Notes under the pieces: model-generated
Told to the model about the DNA's origin: nothing
The model's input: only the letters and a program-made list of their open reading frames with translations
The model's database searches: none
Translations under genes and position numbers: made by a program
DNA from: Candidatus Omnitrophota bacterium
GTDB lineage: Bacteria; Omnitrophota; Gorgyraeia; Zapsychrales; Zapsychraceae
Assembly: GCA_020632495.1 (NCBI GenBank)
Contig: JACKFL010000006.1
Span: 780,032 to 844,031 of the forward strand
Direction: 5' to 3'
Length of the DNA: 64,000 nucleotides
Shown: in pieces, positions 1-10,086 of the stretch
Layout of the letters: the number at the start of each line of letters is the position of its first letter
Position numbering within the stretch: position 1 is the first letter of the stretch

Positions 1-1
1 C

Positions 2-1366
2 ATGGTGGTCACGATTTTCCTGGCCCGCATGCTGGATAAGGAAGACTTCGGGTTGTACGCCCTGGCGTTTGTCGTCATCGACGGTTTAGGGCTCTTTAAG
101 AGTATCGGTATCGATAAAGCCTTGATCCAGAGGACTAAAGATCTGGACAAGGCTACCGACACGGCATTTCTCATCATACCACCAATGGGAATCGTTCTCT
201 ACGGAGTCCTATGGGTGATTACTCCATTTGTCGCGAGTTTTTATCCAGAGGCCATCGATTTACCTGAGGTATTGAGGGCCCTAGGTCTGTTCTTTGTTAT
301 TTTTACTTTAAGTAAGGTTCCATTAACTTTACTTGAAAAAGATATAAAGTTCGATGTCATTGCGAGAATAACTAGTTTCTCGCAGGTATTTTATTCCGTT
401 ACGCTACTGACTGCTTTCAGTGGTTTCGGCGTGTGGAGTCTGGTGATTGCTTATTTGGGAACGGAACTCGTCAGATGCATTTCTGTACTTGCGGGCCGTG
501 CCTTGGCGGCCGTCTTGACCTTCGATAAAAAGATTGCCTTAGAGATGCTTCATTTCGGAAAATTTGTTTCCTGAGTTCATTGATCTGGTTTTTGGAAAGG
601 AGTTTCGACAAGATCATTATCCCCAAAGTCATCGATATACCACGCTGGGCGTCTATTCGATTGCTAACAATTTGGCTAGCATACCTGCCGGATTTCTGGA
701 GTGAAAGTGAGTCACGTATTATTTCCTACCTACTCGAAGCTTCAGGGTAACCTCATAATATGAAATGGCTTTCTTGAGAGTCTATCAAGGTCGTGTTTAT
801 GATCTGCGCGCCGATTACCATGGGATTGTATTTGATCGGGGGAGACTTTCTGTTGATCGCGTACGGATCGAAATGGGTCGACGCGGTCCCGCTGGTACAG
901 ATCCTGGCCTTTTGCGGGTTGTTTACTGCAATGGGATACGCCAAGGGGCCGATCCTGCTGAGCCTGAATAAACCCAAGATCGGTTTTTATCTCGGATTGA
1001 TCAAGGCCTTGATCCTGTTCACCACCCTGATCCCGATCGCCAAGACGCACGGCATTATCGGGGTATCCTGGTTTATACTGGTGCTGACCATAATCATGTT
1101 TTTCGTCGGACAGTCGATCACGCTGCGGCTGATGAAGGTCAAGTGGTCCGAGGTGTTGGCAGTTCTAAGCTCCACATTGTGGGCCTGATGCCGCGATGGG
1201 AATCGCCTTTGCCTTAACCAATCCTTACGTGATGGCCCTGGAAGCACACGCTATCGTCAAATTCCTGCTTAATTCTACGATCATCAGCGCGGCATTCGGG
1301 GCGGTTATCTGGATCAAGGAAAAAGAGTTCATTTGGGACATTAAGCAAATGGTGATTAAATCCTGA
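2..1366 (+). pseudogene. Wzx-like polysaccharide flippase (MOP/PST family), 5' end cut by window edge, broken by at least 5 frame changes
   Basis: ORF 2..574 is multi-TM (LARMLDKEDFGLYALAFVVIDG...). Flippase-like segments then continue in other frames: FLSSLIWFLERSFDKIIIPKV (from 568), TTLGVYSIANNLASIPAGFL (from 639), VLFPTYSKLQGN (from 701), ESIKVVFMICAPITMGL... (778..1188), DAAMGIAFALTNPY...MVIKS stop (1187..1366). No single intact frame. Confidence 0.6.
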
Positions 1367-1367
1367 G

Positions 1368-2499
1368 ATGAAAACGATTTGTTACTATGAACCGAGTTCG
1401 GGTTTCGGCGGCTCCAGTTCAAACCTGTACCACATCCTCAGGCAGCTGGATAAGGAGCAATTCCGGCCGATCGTGGTCGTCCACAAAGACGGCGATCAGT
1501 TTGAGCGTATCCGGTCGCTGGGGGTGGAGGTCATAAAAGTCCCTTACACCGGGATGGACGCGTTCAATTGTGCCGGAGGTCTCAATCTGATCTGGTTGGG
1601 ATTCACGGCATTGAATCCGCTGGTGCGGCGATTGACCGCGCTCCTGAAAGAAAAGTCCGTGGATCTGGTCCACATCAATACGAATATCTCCCTGGGGATG
1701 CCGATGATCCTCGCCGCCAACAAACTGGGGAAGAAGGTCTTCTGCTACATCCGGGAATCCCGCGCCCTCATCCGCCGCGAGCGAATGATGGTTCCGAAGG
1801 TAGACCAATTTTTTATCCTGAACCAGGCGGCGGTAAAGATTTATGGCAAGGACATTCCCGCCGCTAAACTGCATGTGGTCCCGGACGGTGTTGATCTGTC
1901 TGAATTTGAGGGCTGCAGCAAGTCTTTCCGGGAGAGTTTAACCTGGAAGGCATGAAGGTGATCGGCCTGGTCGGACGGATCGTCGAAGGGAAGGGCAACT
2001 GGAGTTCGCGCAGGCCGCCAAACATGTCTGCAAACGGCACCGGGACGCCTGTTTCTTCATCGTCGGTGATGCCAAGGTTCCGGATACCGGCTACTATGAA
2101 GCACTGAAAGGATTTGCGCCGCGAACATCTGCAATCCAAGGTGATCCTCAGGGTGGCGCACCGACGTTAAACAGATCATGCACGGATTGGACGTACTGGT
2201 GCTGGCCAGCACCACTTTCCCGAAGGGTTGCTGAATTCGATTATCGAGGCGATGGTCCTCGGCAAACCGGCAGTGGCGACGGATATTCCGGGCCGCCGGA
2301 GATCATCGATCACGATCGGACCGGCTATATCTGCCACCGGCGACGTGGACGCCCTCGCTGCGTATCCGGCATTGCTGGATGATCCGGAACTCGCCCGGCA
2401 AATGGGGAGCGCGGACGGCAGCGGGCCGCAGAGCGTTTTGACGTGCGCCAGGTGGTCAAGACGATGCAAGATATGTACACGGCGGAGCTCACCGCATGA
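1368..2499 (+). pseudogene. GT4 glycosyltransferase, C-terminal half readable only by hopping frames
   Basis: N-terminal half is intact (1368..1955). After that, GT4 segments lie in different frames: LEGMKVIGLVGRIVEGKG / QLEFAQAAKHVCKRHRDACFFIVGDAKVPDTGYYEALKGFA / GWRTDVKQIMHGLDVLVLASTTFPEG / LLNSIIEAMVLGKPAVATDIPG / PPEIIDHDRTGYI / GDVDALAAYPALLDDPELARQMG / RAAERFDVRQVVKTMQDMYTAELTA stop. The stop overlaps the next ATG (ATGA at 2496). Confidence 0.6.
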
Positions 2500-3580
2500 G
2501 GCCGAAAATTTTGTATCTGGTGGACAATCTGTTGATTGGCGGCGCGCAAATGCAACTGGCGCGGCTGGTTCACGGACTGGGAGACCAGGATTTTGATTTG
2601 CGTGTCTTAGCCCTGGGCGACACTCATCCGCGTCTAATGCAGATTATCGGTGCCGCCGTGTGGCTGTTTTCCGATGATGTGCATTGGAAGCCCGGCTTCT
2701 GGCTAAGTTATCAAAAGTCCGTCATGCGGTGCGGCCATCAAACCCGACATCGTGCATACCTATCTGAATACTTCAAATGTCTTCGGGCTATACGGCACGA
2801 CAGTCCAAGGTGCCGATCATCGTGACTTCGCGGCGAGATATGGGGCGCTTCCGGTCACGGCGCATTGCGGCCATGGAACGCTGGTCCAACAAGTTTTGTC
2901 ACCGCGTGGTGTGCGTGTCCGAGGCCGTCAAGCAGCAGACCGTGGCCAGCGAGGGCCTTGACCCGGCCAAGGCCGTGGTGTTGTACAGCGGGGTGGAAGT
3001 CCCGGCCGCGCCGGAGCGGGCTGATTCTTGTGGCGGCGCTTTGACGGTCGGCATGGTGGCTTCGGCGGACCGGGTGGAGAAAGGGCACATGGATTTCTTG
3101 CAGGTGGCATGCGAAGTCCACCGCAAGAACAGGGAAATTCGCTTTGTTATCGTGGGTGACGGGCACTTGCGGCCGGAGCTGGAGCGCTTCGCGGACCGGG
3201 AGGGCATACGGCCGGTTGTTGATTTTCGCGGCCGGTCTTCCGACGTGCCCTCCGAAGTCCGCAAGTTCGACATATTTGTCATGCCGTCGCATACGGAAGG
3301 ATTTTCCAATGCCGTACTGGAGGCAATGGCGATGGGAGTGCCCGTCCTGGCCAATGCCATGGAGGGAAACCTCGAGATCATCGATGACGGTGTCAACGGG
3401 ATGTTGGTTGAGCCCCGGAATACGGCTCAGATGTCCGGAAAGATCCTGGCCAACGCCGGCCGCCGTCCGGATTTGCGGGCGATGGGAGAGCGGGCCCGGG
3501 CCAAGATCGAGGCTCATTTTACACTGAAACATATGGTCGAACGCTATAAAACGTTTTACAATGAACTCCTGAACGGATAA
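2496..3580 (+). pseudogene. GT4 glycosyltransferase with about 3 frame changes between 2700 and 2790
   Basis: MRPKILYLVDNLLIGGAQMQLARLV (2496 frame), then LSKVRHAVRPS / PDIVHTYLNTSNVFG / ARQSKVPIIVTSRRDMG in three other frames. From 2777 the frame is intact to 3580, including SHTEGFSNAVLEAMAMGVPVLA (GT4 E-x7-E region). Confidence 0.6.
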
Positions 3581-4785
3581 TGAAGGCAAAAAAGAAAAAA
3601 ATCGGATATGTGGTATCGCTGTTTCCCTGCTGGTCGGAAACTTTCATTCTCAATGAAATCATCGAGCTGAGCAAGGCCGGCTACGACATCACCATTTTCT
3701 CCATCCGCAATGATCTGGAGAAGTACACGCAGGAAAAGGCCAAGCCCTACCTGGCCCGTACGCACTATATTAAGGTAGGTCGAATGGTGTTGTCCTATTT
3801 CCGCTGGCTGCTGCGTAAACCCGGGGTGCTGCTGTCGTGGACTCTCAAAGTCCTATCGGCCAGTCTCGGCAACGTTCGAATATTTCACAAGAATGTCTGG
3901 TGTGTGCTGGTCGCCGCTTATTTTGCCGATCTGGCCCGGGATGAGGAATTGAAGCACCTCCATGCGCATTTCGCCACCTATCCGGCCCTGGTGGCCACCG
4001 TGATGTCCAAGCTCACCGGGATTGATTACACGCTGACCACCCACGCCCACGACATCTTTCTCGACAAGACCTTGTTGCGCGAGAAAATCGGGGCGGCCAA
4101 GGCCGTTGCCACGATTTCGCAATACAACCGGCGCTATCTGGCCGAGCATTGCGGTGAGGACATCCTTCCCAAAATTCATATCGTCCACTGCGGACTGGAC
4201 CTTTCCGAGTGGGATTACCAGCCGCATCCCAACGGGCATCATCCGCCGTCCATCGTGTGTGTGGGACGGTTGACCCAGATGAAGGGCTTTGAAAATCTTA
4301 TCCATGCCCTGAACCTGATCAAGAATGAGCAGGACTTTCGCTGTCACATCGTAGGCGACGGCGATCTGCGGCCCCGGTTTGAGCAACTGATCGCCGAATA
4401 CGGACTGGAGGGACGCGTCATCCTGGAAGGGGTCCTCGACAGCGCGGAGGTCCGCAAACGGATCAAGGAGGCGCACATCTTCGCCGTGCCTTCGGTGTGG
4501 GATGACACCGACGGCCAGGACGGTATCCCGTTGGTGCTGATGGAGGCGCTGGCCGTGGGCACGCCGGCCGTGGCCTCACGCATATCGGGCATACCCGAGC
4601 TGGTGATCGACGGGCAGACCGGACTGCTGGCCGAGCCCGGCGATGTGGATGCGTTGGCCGACAAGATCCGGCATCTGCTTTGCGACAAAGACCTGCGCGC
4701 GCGGCTGGCGACGCGGGGACGGGAGCAGATAGAAAGAGAATTCGATATCGCCAAGAACGCCAGACAACTGGCCAAACTGTTTTAA
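3580..4785 (+). CDS. GT4 glycosyltransferase (WcaL-like architecture)
   Basis: 401-aa intact ORF. N-terminal YVVSLFPCWSETFILNEI. C-terminal GT4 core VPSVWDDTDGQDGIPLVLMEALAVGTPAVASRISGIPELV. Start overlaps previous stop (TAATG). Confidence 0.85.
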   Translation: MKAKKKKIGYVVSLFPCWSETFILNEIIELSKAGYDITIFSIRNDLEKYTQEKAKPYLARTHYIKVGRMVLSYFRWLLRKPGVLLSWTLKVLSASLGNVRIFHKNVWCVLVAAYFADLARDEELKHLHAHFATYPALVATVMSKLTGIDYTLTTHAHDIFLDKTLLREKIGAAKAVATISQYNRRYLAEHCGEDILPKIHIVHCGLDLSEWDYQPHPNGHHPPSIVCVGRLTQMKGFENLIHALNLIKNEQDFRCHIVGDGDLRPRFEQLIAEYGLEGRVILEGVLDSAEVRKRIKEAHIFAVPSVWDDTDGQDGIPLVLMEALAVGTPAVASRISGIPELVIDGQTGLLAEPGDVDALADKIRHLLCDKDLRARLATRGREQIEREFDIAKNARQLAKLF

Positions 4786-4793
4786 GGGCACGC

Positions 4794-6941
4794 ATGATGT
4801 TGCTATCCATACTCCGTCGCGATTTGTACCCGCGCGCCGCGCGCTGCGCGGTGCCCGTTGTTGTCGGTCTGCTGGCTATGGCCGTGCCGGCAGCCCACGG
4901 AGAGTTGATCAAGATCGAGATTCCTGAGCAGATCAAATCCTACTTGGACGAGCGTCACTATAATCCCGCGGAGATCGACGGATTGTCGCTGCCGCCGAAT
5001 ACAAATGATCAGCGGACCTATTTTATCGACGGCACCAACGGCAATGATGAGTGGAACGGACTCTTTCCCCGCCACACGCACGGCGACAACGGTCCCTATA
5101 AAACCATCTCCAAGGCGACCGGGCGTTACGACAATCACAAACACGGGGAGCGCGTACTGATTCGCGGAGGCTACTACCGGGAGGGATTCGGACTGGGAAA
5201 TTTGACCGGGACGGCGGATGAAGATCATGTGACGACCTTCGCTCCTTATGGCGACGGCGAAGTGGTCCTCGATCTCAGCGACACCAAGGGCCTGGATGAA
5301 TTCACCGTTTTTGACGGCGACGTCTGGATGGCCAAGGTCAACGAGAATTGGTTTGCCCATCCGAAAAGCAATGTCGACTGGGCCGTGATGGACTGGAATC
5401 ATCGCTGCTGTCGTGAGGCCATAGGATATAACGGAACGGACAATGGGAAAAAAAGCGGCCGGACGGCACAGCTCGTTGATTCATCCAAAGATTTCGCTGA
5501 GTACAAGAAGGAGCACGGAAAGGGGCGGACGGATTTTATCGGAGCCACCGTATGGAATATTACCGACGGCTCCTGGGCCAAGGTGACCTCAGTGGCCACT
5601 ACGCAAAAGAAGAACGACACGCTGAATTTGACGCCGTTGACCGGCGGGCAGAGCAATGTCTTCAATCCGGGGGATGAATACGCGGTTTACCAGTTGGATA
5701 GCGATGGGAAGTTTGCCAATGTCAAAGACACCTTTTACATCAAATCGGTCAACGGCGAACCGCGTACCCGCCACATCATCGCCAACAGCTCAGACTGGGA
5801 CAACAGCCGCGTGCCCATTTATCTATCCGGCAAGAATTTTTACTTTTACGGGCTAACCATCGTAGGCGCGCCTTCGATCGGCGTGATGACCCTGGGCGAC
5901 GAACAGAGCGTCGTCTTTGAGAAATGCCGGTTTCTGTTCACGGGAAAACACGGTACATCACAGTTCGGTAAAAATATCAAGTCGGTTAAGTGGCTGAAGA
6001 ACTTCTTCTACGCGACCGTTATGATGAACTGGCCGCGGGGCAATACATGGGGCGGGAACGGAGGTTGGCCGAACTCGGTGGCATCGGCGCGTGTGGAGAA
6101 CTCCGAAATGTCGGGAAATATCGTCATGAACGGCGGCGGTGAGGGCATGAATAACGTGGCCCTTTTCCGGGACAACATTATTGTCGATAACTACAGCATG
6201 AATGTGTACTTGGGAGACATTCCGAATATCGAAGGCGGCTTTGAAATTTCACACAACGATGTGATCTTCACCGGTTATCGTGAGGAGGATGCCCTCGACC
6301 GGTTTTATCTGGACGGGTATTACAACGGGTATCAACGCAATTATGTCAAAATGCATCCCAACGGGATTACCATCGGGCTGGAAAAAAGCGGCGGGACCGC
6401 GCCGCCGGGCGGATTTCATATCCATCACAACAATGTGATCGGTTGTTGGAACGGGATTAACGGGTATTTCGAGGTTCCGACTGCCGGTTATCAGAATTCG
6501 ATTATTGAAGACAACACCGTGGTCCTGATGACGGCCCAGGACCGTAAGTGGCTGTTGTATTTCGACAGCGCCGGTATGCAGCTGCGGGCCCGCAAAGGGG
6601 CGGACTTCAATACAGTGATCCGGCGAAACCGGGTTATCGGCGCGGACAATACCGACGGACGGCATCATCTGGTTTACATCCGCGGGACCGATTTCGATGT
6701 CCTGGACGTCGATCACAACATCTATTCCTTCCCGGGGCACGATTCCTTCAGAACCGATAAGGGGATCAAGAATTTTGGACAGTGGCAGAAACTGACCGGT
6801 TACGACCGGAATTCCGTATTCACCGAGGACGCCGGACTGGTGGGACAGGATTGGTCGGACTCCTCCAAGATATTCCGCAAGCATTTGCAGGTGCGGGAAG
6901 GTGCGGACCAGGAGCAGGGGATCGGGGCAGGATCAAAATAG
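4794..6941 (+). CDS. Secreted right-handed parallel beta-helix repeat protein (possible polysaccharide lyase/epimerase-type fold)
   Basis: ATG at 4794 gives a signal peptide MMLLSILRRDL...VVVGLLAMAVPAAHG. The body has beta-helix-style features: DGTNGNDEWNG..GPYKTISKA..RVLIRGGYYREG, and repeated N/G/H-rich turns (HIHHNNVIGCWNGINGY, IIEDNTVV, VIRRNRVIG). The 4680 start in the ORF track overlaps the upstream gene and is unlikely. Confidence 0.65.
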   Translation: MMLLSILRRDLYPRAARCAVPVVVGLLAMAVPAAHGELIKIEIPEQIKSYLDERHYNPAEIDGLSLPPNTNDQRTYFIDGTNGNDEWNGLFPRHTHGDNGPYKTISKATGRYDNHKHGERVLIRGGYYREGFGLGNLTGTADEDHVTTFAPYGDGEVVLDLSDTKGLDEFTVFDGDVWMAKVNENWFAHPKSNVDWAVMDWNHRCCREAIGYNGTDNGKKSGRTAQLVDSSKDFAEYKKEHGKGRTDFIGATVWNITDGSWAKVTSVATTQKKNDTLNLTPLTGGQSNVFNPGDEYAVYQLDSDGKFANVKDTFYIKSVNGEPRTRHIIANSSDWDNSRVPIYLSGKNFYFYGLTIVGAPSIGVMTLGDEQSVVFEKCRFLFTGKHGTSQFGKNIKSVKWLKNFFYATVMMNWPRGNTWGGNGGWPNSVASARVENSEMSGNIVMNGGGEGMNNVALFRDNIIVDNYSMNVYLGDIPNIEGGFEISHNDVIFTGYREEDALDRFYLDGYYNGYQRNYVKMHPNGITIGLEKSGGTAPPGGFHIHHNNVIGCWNGINGYFEVPTAGYQNSIIEDNTVVLMTAQDRKWLLYFDSAGMQLRARKGADFNTVIRRNRVIGADNTDGRHHLVYIRGTDFDVLDVDHNIYSFPGHDSFRTDKGIKNFGQWQKLTGYDRNSVFTEDAGLVGQDWSDSSKIFRKHLQVREGADQEQGIGAGSK

Positions 6942-6975
6942 GTATATGCGTGTATGTGTATATGCGTTTATGCGG
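6942..6975. repeat. Left inverted repeat flanking the four-helix-bundle gene; 26-nt perfectly alternating purine-pyrimidine tract
   Basis: GTATATGCGTGTATGTGTATATGCGTTTATGCGG begins directly after the TAG stop at 6939-6941. About 27 of 32 positions match the reverse complement of 7466..7497. Confidence 0.75.
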
Positions 6976-7017
6976 GGTGTTCCCGTTGTTTCAGGAATAA
7001 ACAGGGTCTGAAATTCT

Positions 7018-7383
7018 ATGTCACAAAAAGTACGTACCCACAAGGATCTCGAAATCTGGAAAAAAGGCATAGATCTCGTTACAGAAGTTTACAAAGTCAC
7101 TAAACAGTACCCAAAGGAAGAGCAGTATGGCCTATGTTCTCAAATGCAGCGTGCGGCAGTGTCGTATACGAGTAATATTGCCGAGGGTGCGGCTCGAAGT
7201 TCGGTCTCGGAATACGTAAGATACCTGTACATCGCCATGGGATCGCTGTCGGAGTTGGAGACCCAGGTAATAATATCCGTAAACCTGGAATATATGGATT
7301 CCGGAGAGGACATCCTAGAGCATATTGAACATTTACGAAGGATGACTCTCAATTTTATTAAGTATCTTAAAGACAAATCATAA
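7018..7383 (+). CDS. Four-helix-bundle protein (23S rRNA-intervening-sequence protein family, TIGR02436-like)
   Basis: 121 aa with family hallmarks: DLEIWKKGIDLVTEVYKVTKQYPKEEQYGLCSQMQRAAVSYTSNIAEGAAR...YLYIAMGSLSELETQ. Visibly AT-richer than the flanking genes. Confidence 0.85.
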   Translation: MSQKVRTHKDLEIWKKGIDLVTEVYKVTKQYPKEEQYGLCSQMQRAAVSYTSNIAEGAARSSVSEYVRYLYIAMGSLSELETQVIISVNLEYMDSGEDILEHIEHLRRMTLNFIKYLKDKS

Positions 7384-7463
7384 GCCATGCACACAGATGT
7401 CAATATTGCCAACTCGGTCAATGATGTCGGGTCGCACATCCTGATCAGGCGGATGGATAAAGA

Positions 7464-7497
7464 CCCATACACACATATACGCATATACGCATACACC
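7464..7497. repeat. Right inverted repeat flanking the four-helix-bundle gene; 31-nt alternating purine-pyrimidine tract
   Basis: CCCATACACACATATACGCATATACGCATACACC ends 4 nt before the ATG at 7502. Its reverse complement GGTGTATGCGTATATGCGTATATGTGTGTATG aligns to 6942..6973. Confidence 0.75.
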
Positions 7498-7501
7498 AAA
7501 T

Positions 7502-8617
7502 ATGCCGATTAAGACGCTATTTATCATCTGGAGCCTCGAACGCGGCGGGGCTGAGCGTTTTCTGGCGGGACTGTTGGAACATCTCGATCGCAGCAAGTTT
7601 GATCCGACTTTATGCTGCCTGAACTGGAAAGGGGAATGGGCGGCACCGCTGGAGGCCAAGGGGCTTAAGGTGATTGCCCTGGAAAAAAAGGGGGGGCTTG
7701 ATCTGGACGCCTTTCGCCGGTTGAAGAATATAATTAAGGAAGGCGAATATCATATCGTAAACACCCACCTGTGGGCCGCGGACGTGATGGGCCGGGTTGC
7801 CGCTTTTCAGTGCGGGATTCCGGTCGTTGTCTCCACCGCGCAGAACGTGGATGTATGGAAGAAGTGGCATCACCGGGCCGTCGACCGGTGGCTGGCCGGC
7901 CGGACCGATCAATTGATCGCGGTTTCCGCGGCGGTTAAGGAATATTATCATCACTGCGTGGGGTTTCCGGAAGAAAAGATTACGGTCATCCCCAACGCCA
8001 TCGATGTGGAGCGTTACCGGGACCCGGGCGACATCGGTTATTTGTATGAGGAACTGGAGGTCGGGGCCGAGGATTTCATTCTTGCCTGCGTCGGACGCCT
8101 GAACCATCAGAAAGGGCATCCGTACCTCTTCCAGGCGATGAAAGAATTGTCCGGCACGCTGCCGGAACTCAGGATTCTGATTGTGGGGGAAGGCGAAGAC
8201 AGGACGCGCCTGGAAGCCATGGCCAATGAACTCGGGATCATGCCGATGCTGCGATTCACCGGGCAACGCGCGGATATCCCTGCGCTTTTACAACTGGTCG
8301 ACGCGCTGATCCTGCCGTCCGTATTCGAGGGGCTGCCTTTGTGTGTGCTGGAAGCCATGGCCGCGGCCCGGCCGGTCATCGCGACCGATGTCGGAGGAAC
8401 GGCCGAACTGGCCGTGGACGGTGAAACCGCCTTTATCGTACCACCGCGGCGGCCGGAGGCGCTGAAGGATGCTATACTCCGTTTACGGCGGCTGCCCGAC
8501 GGCGGCCAAAGCATGGGCGCGCGCGGTCGCGAAGTGGTGGGGCGGGAATTTTCAATTCAGAATAGTACGAAGAAAACAGAAAAACTATTTACGGCATTGC
8601 TAAAAGGTAAATTATGA
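7502..8617 (+). CDS. GT4 glycosyltransferase
   Basis: 371 aa. N-terminal LFIIWSLERGGAERF. C-terminal PSVFEGLPLCVLEAMAAARPVIATDVGGTAELAVDGETAFIVPP. Confidence 0.9.
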   Translation: MPIKTLFIIWSLERGGAERFLAGLLEHLDRSKFDPTLCCLNWKGEWAAPLEAKGLKVIALEKKGGLDLDAFRRLKNIIKEGEYHIVNTHLWAADVMGRVAAFQCGIPVVVSTAQNVDVWKKWHHRAVDRWLAGRTDQLIAVSAAVKEYYHHCVGFPEEKITVIPNAIDVERYRDPGDIGYLYEELEVGAEDFILACVGRLNHQKGHPYLFQAMKELSGTLPELRILIVGEGEDRTRLEAMANELGIMPMLRFTGQRADIPALLQLVDALILPSVFEGLPLCVLEAMAAARPVIATDVGGTAELAVDGETAFIVPPRRPEALKDAILRLRRLPDGGQSMGARGREVVGREFSIQNSTKKTEKLFTALLKGKL

Positions 8618-10086
8618 AATTCAAATATTTAGTGATTCTCAGCCTGATCTTTTATTTGCCACTCCAATTAAAGCTTCCCAACTGGCCACATTTTCCAGCG
8701 ATAAATATACTTGCCCTGTTCATGTTAGGAGTAATGGCTACATCGCGCAACCCCGGCTTCAAACGGCCTGCCTTCGAGACTCCGCTGATAATATTTCTTG
8801 TAATTTGGACCATGTCTTTTATCTATGCATGTATGTTTACAGACGGGATGCCCCGCATGGAAATTGCCCGTGAATTTAAACGGTTATTCTTATTGCCATG
8901 GGTATATTTTATCATTTCCCGATGTATTGCAGACAAACGTGAGCTTTATATTTATTTAATTGGGGTCTTACTTTGCTTGATGCTTTGCGGTCAAAATACG
9001 TATTATAACGGTGTGTTGGCGGGCGCGAATTTCGCTCTGCATAAACGTTCAAGTGGTCCATTCGGCTGGGGTTGGCGAGCATCTGACATCGCCGGTGGAT
9101 TTTTGGCCACGTTTACGCCCTTATTGATTGCCTATTTCTTTTTTGTTCGCAAACCGCTTTTAAAATTCATAAGCGCTATCGGTGTGGGATTGTGTGGTTT
9201 GGGACTAATGACAACATATTCCCGAGGTTCAATGATGGCATTACTTTTTGCCTGTTTGGGAATGATTTTTGTGGGGTCACGTCAGTTGGCAAAAGCTTCA
9301 AAGATTAACTTCTTAGTTATTTTTATCGGTCTGGTAATCGGTGGCGTTATGTGGAAGGCTTGGGTTCCTCCATCGATTATTGCGCGGGTTGAGGGGACGA
9401 TTGTCGCTGATGAGGATGATATGGAGTTTGTAGACGCATCACTTACGGATGAGACCGGTGAAAGTGTATTGGATTTAAGTTCTCAGTTGAGAATGCATGC
9501 ATGGAGACAGGGGTTGAGTTTTTTTACTACACATCCTCTTACCGGGATCGGATTTCGACAGGTGCAATTTCAACTCGGACATGATCCGCATAATGGATTT
9601 GTATTGATTGCGGCAGAAATGGGTATCCTGGGAATCATGGTGTTTATATGGTTAATATTTGCTGTGACATGGCAAGCCTTTCGACTTATTAATACGGACT
9701 TCAATTATATAGGTGTTGGTGCTGTGGGGATGATGATAGGTTTTGTTGTAGTAAATATGTTCTATGCGAATTTCTTTCGGGACAATGTGGTGGGTACTTT
9801 CTGGATAGTTCTGGCCTTGCTGGCGGCAGCAAATTCTTTTTATGCGAATGGGGAAAGCGGTGAAGTGGTTGGTGAAACGGATCCGACACAGAACAAAATG
9901 AGCTATGCAGAATACCGTAAGCGCTATTTGCAGAGTGTTCTTCTTGCGCTGACACTAGTCGTTGCTGGTATTGTGTCCGTCGCCATGTTCTGCCGACTGC
10001 CCGAACGTACCGGCGTCGCGTCGGTTTTCCGTGCGACCCCGGTGTCGCTCGGAGGTAACCAAGGGAAGGAGCTCATCGCCGGATGA
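8614..10086 (+). CDS. O-antigen ligase / Wzy-like polysaccharide polymerase family membrane protein
   Basis: 490 aa, 10 or more hydrophobic helices. Has the Wzy_C-like loop GLMTTYSRGSMMALLFA plus a large outer loop with HDPHNGFVLIAAEMG. AT-richer than neighbours, as is usual for wzy. ATGA overlap with the previous gene. Confidence 0.8.
   Translation: MKFKYLVILSLIFYLPLQLKLPNWPHFPAINILALFMLGVMATSRNPGFKRPAFETPLIIFLVIWTMSFIYACMFTDGMPRMEIAREFKRLFLLPWVYFIISRCIADKRELYIYLIGVLLCLMLCGQNTYYNGVLAGANFALHKRSSGPFGWGWRASDIAGGFLATFTPLLIAYFFFVRKPLLKFISAIGVGLCGLGLMTTYSRGSMMALLFACLGMIFVGSRQLAKASKINFLVIFIGLVIGGVMWKAWVPPSIIARVEGTIVADEDDMEFVDASLTDETGESVLDLSSQLRMHAWRQGLSFFTTHPLTGIGFRQVQFQLGHDPHNGFVLIAAEMGILGIMVFIWLIFAVTWQAFRLINTDFNYIGVGAVGMMIGFVVVNMFYANFFRDNVVGTFWIVLALLAAANSFYANGESGEVVGETDPTQNKMSYAEYRKRYLQSVLLALTLVVAGIVSVAMFCRLPERTGVASVFRATPVSLGGNQGKELIAG

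Noticed and set aside
6942-7497. The TATGCG/TGTATG-rich flanks as a CRISPR array, or the region as an rRNA intervening sequence.
   Set aside because: There are only two copies and they are inverted, not direct repeats with spacers. No rRNA sequence is nearby. The IVS name of the protein family is historical.
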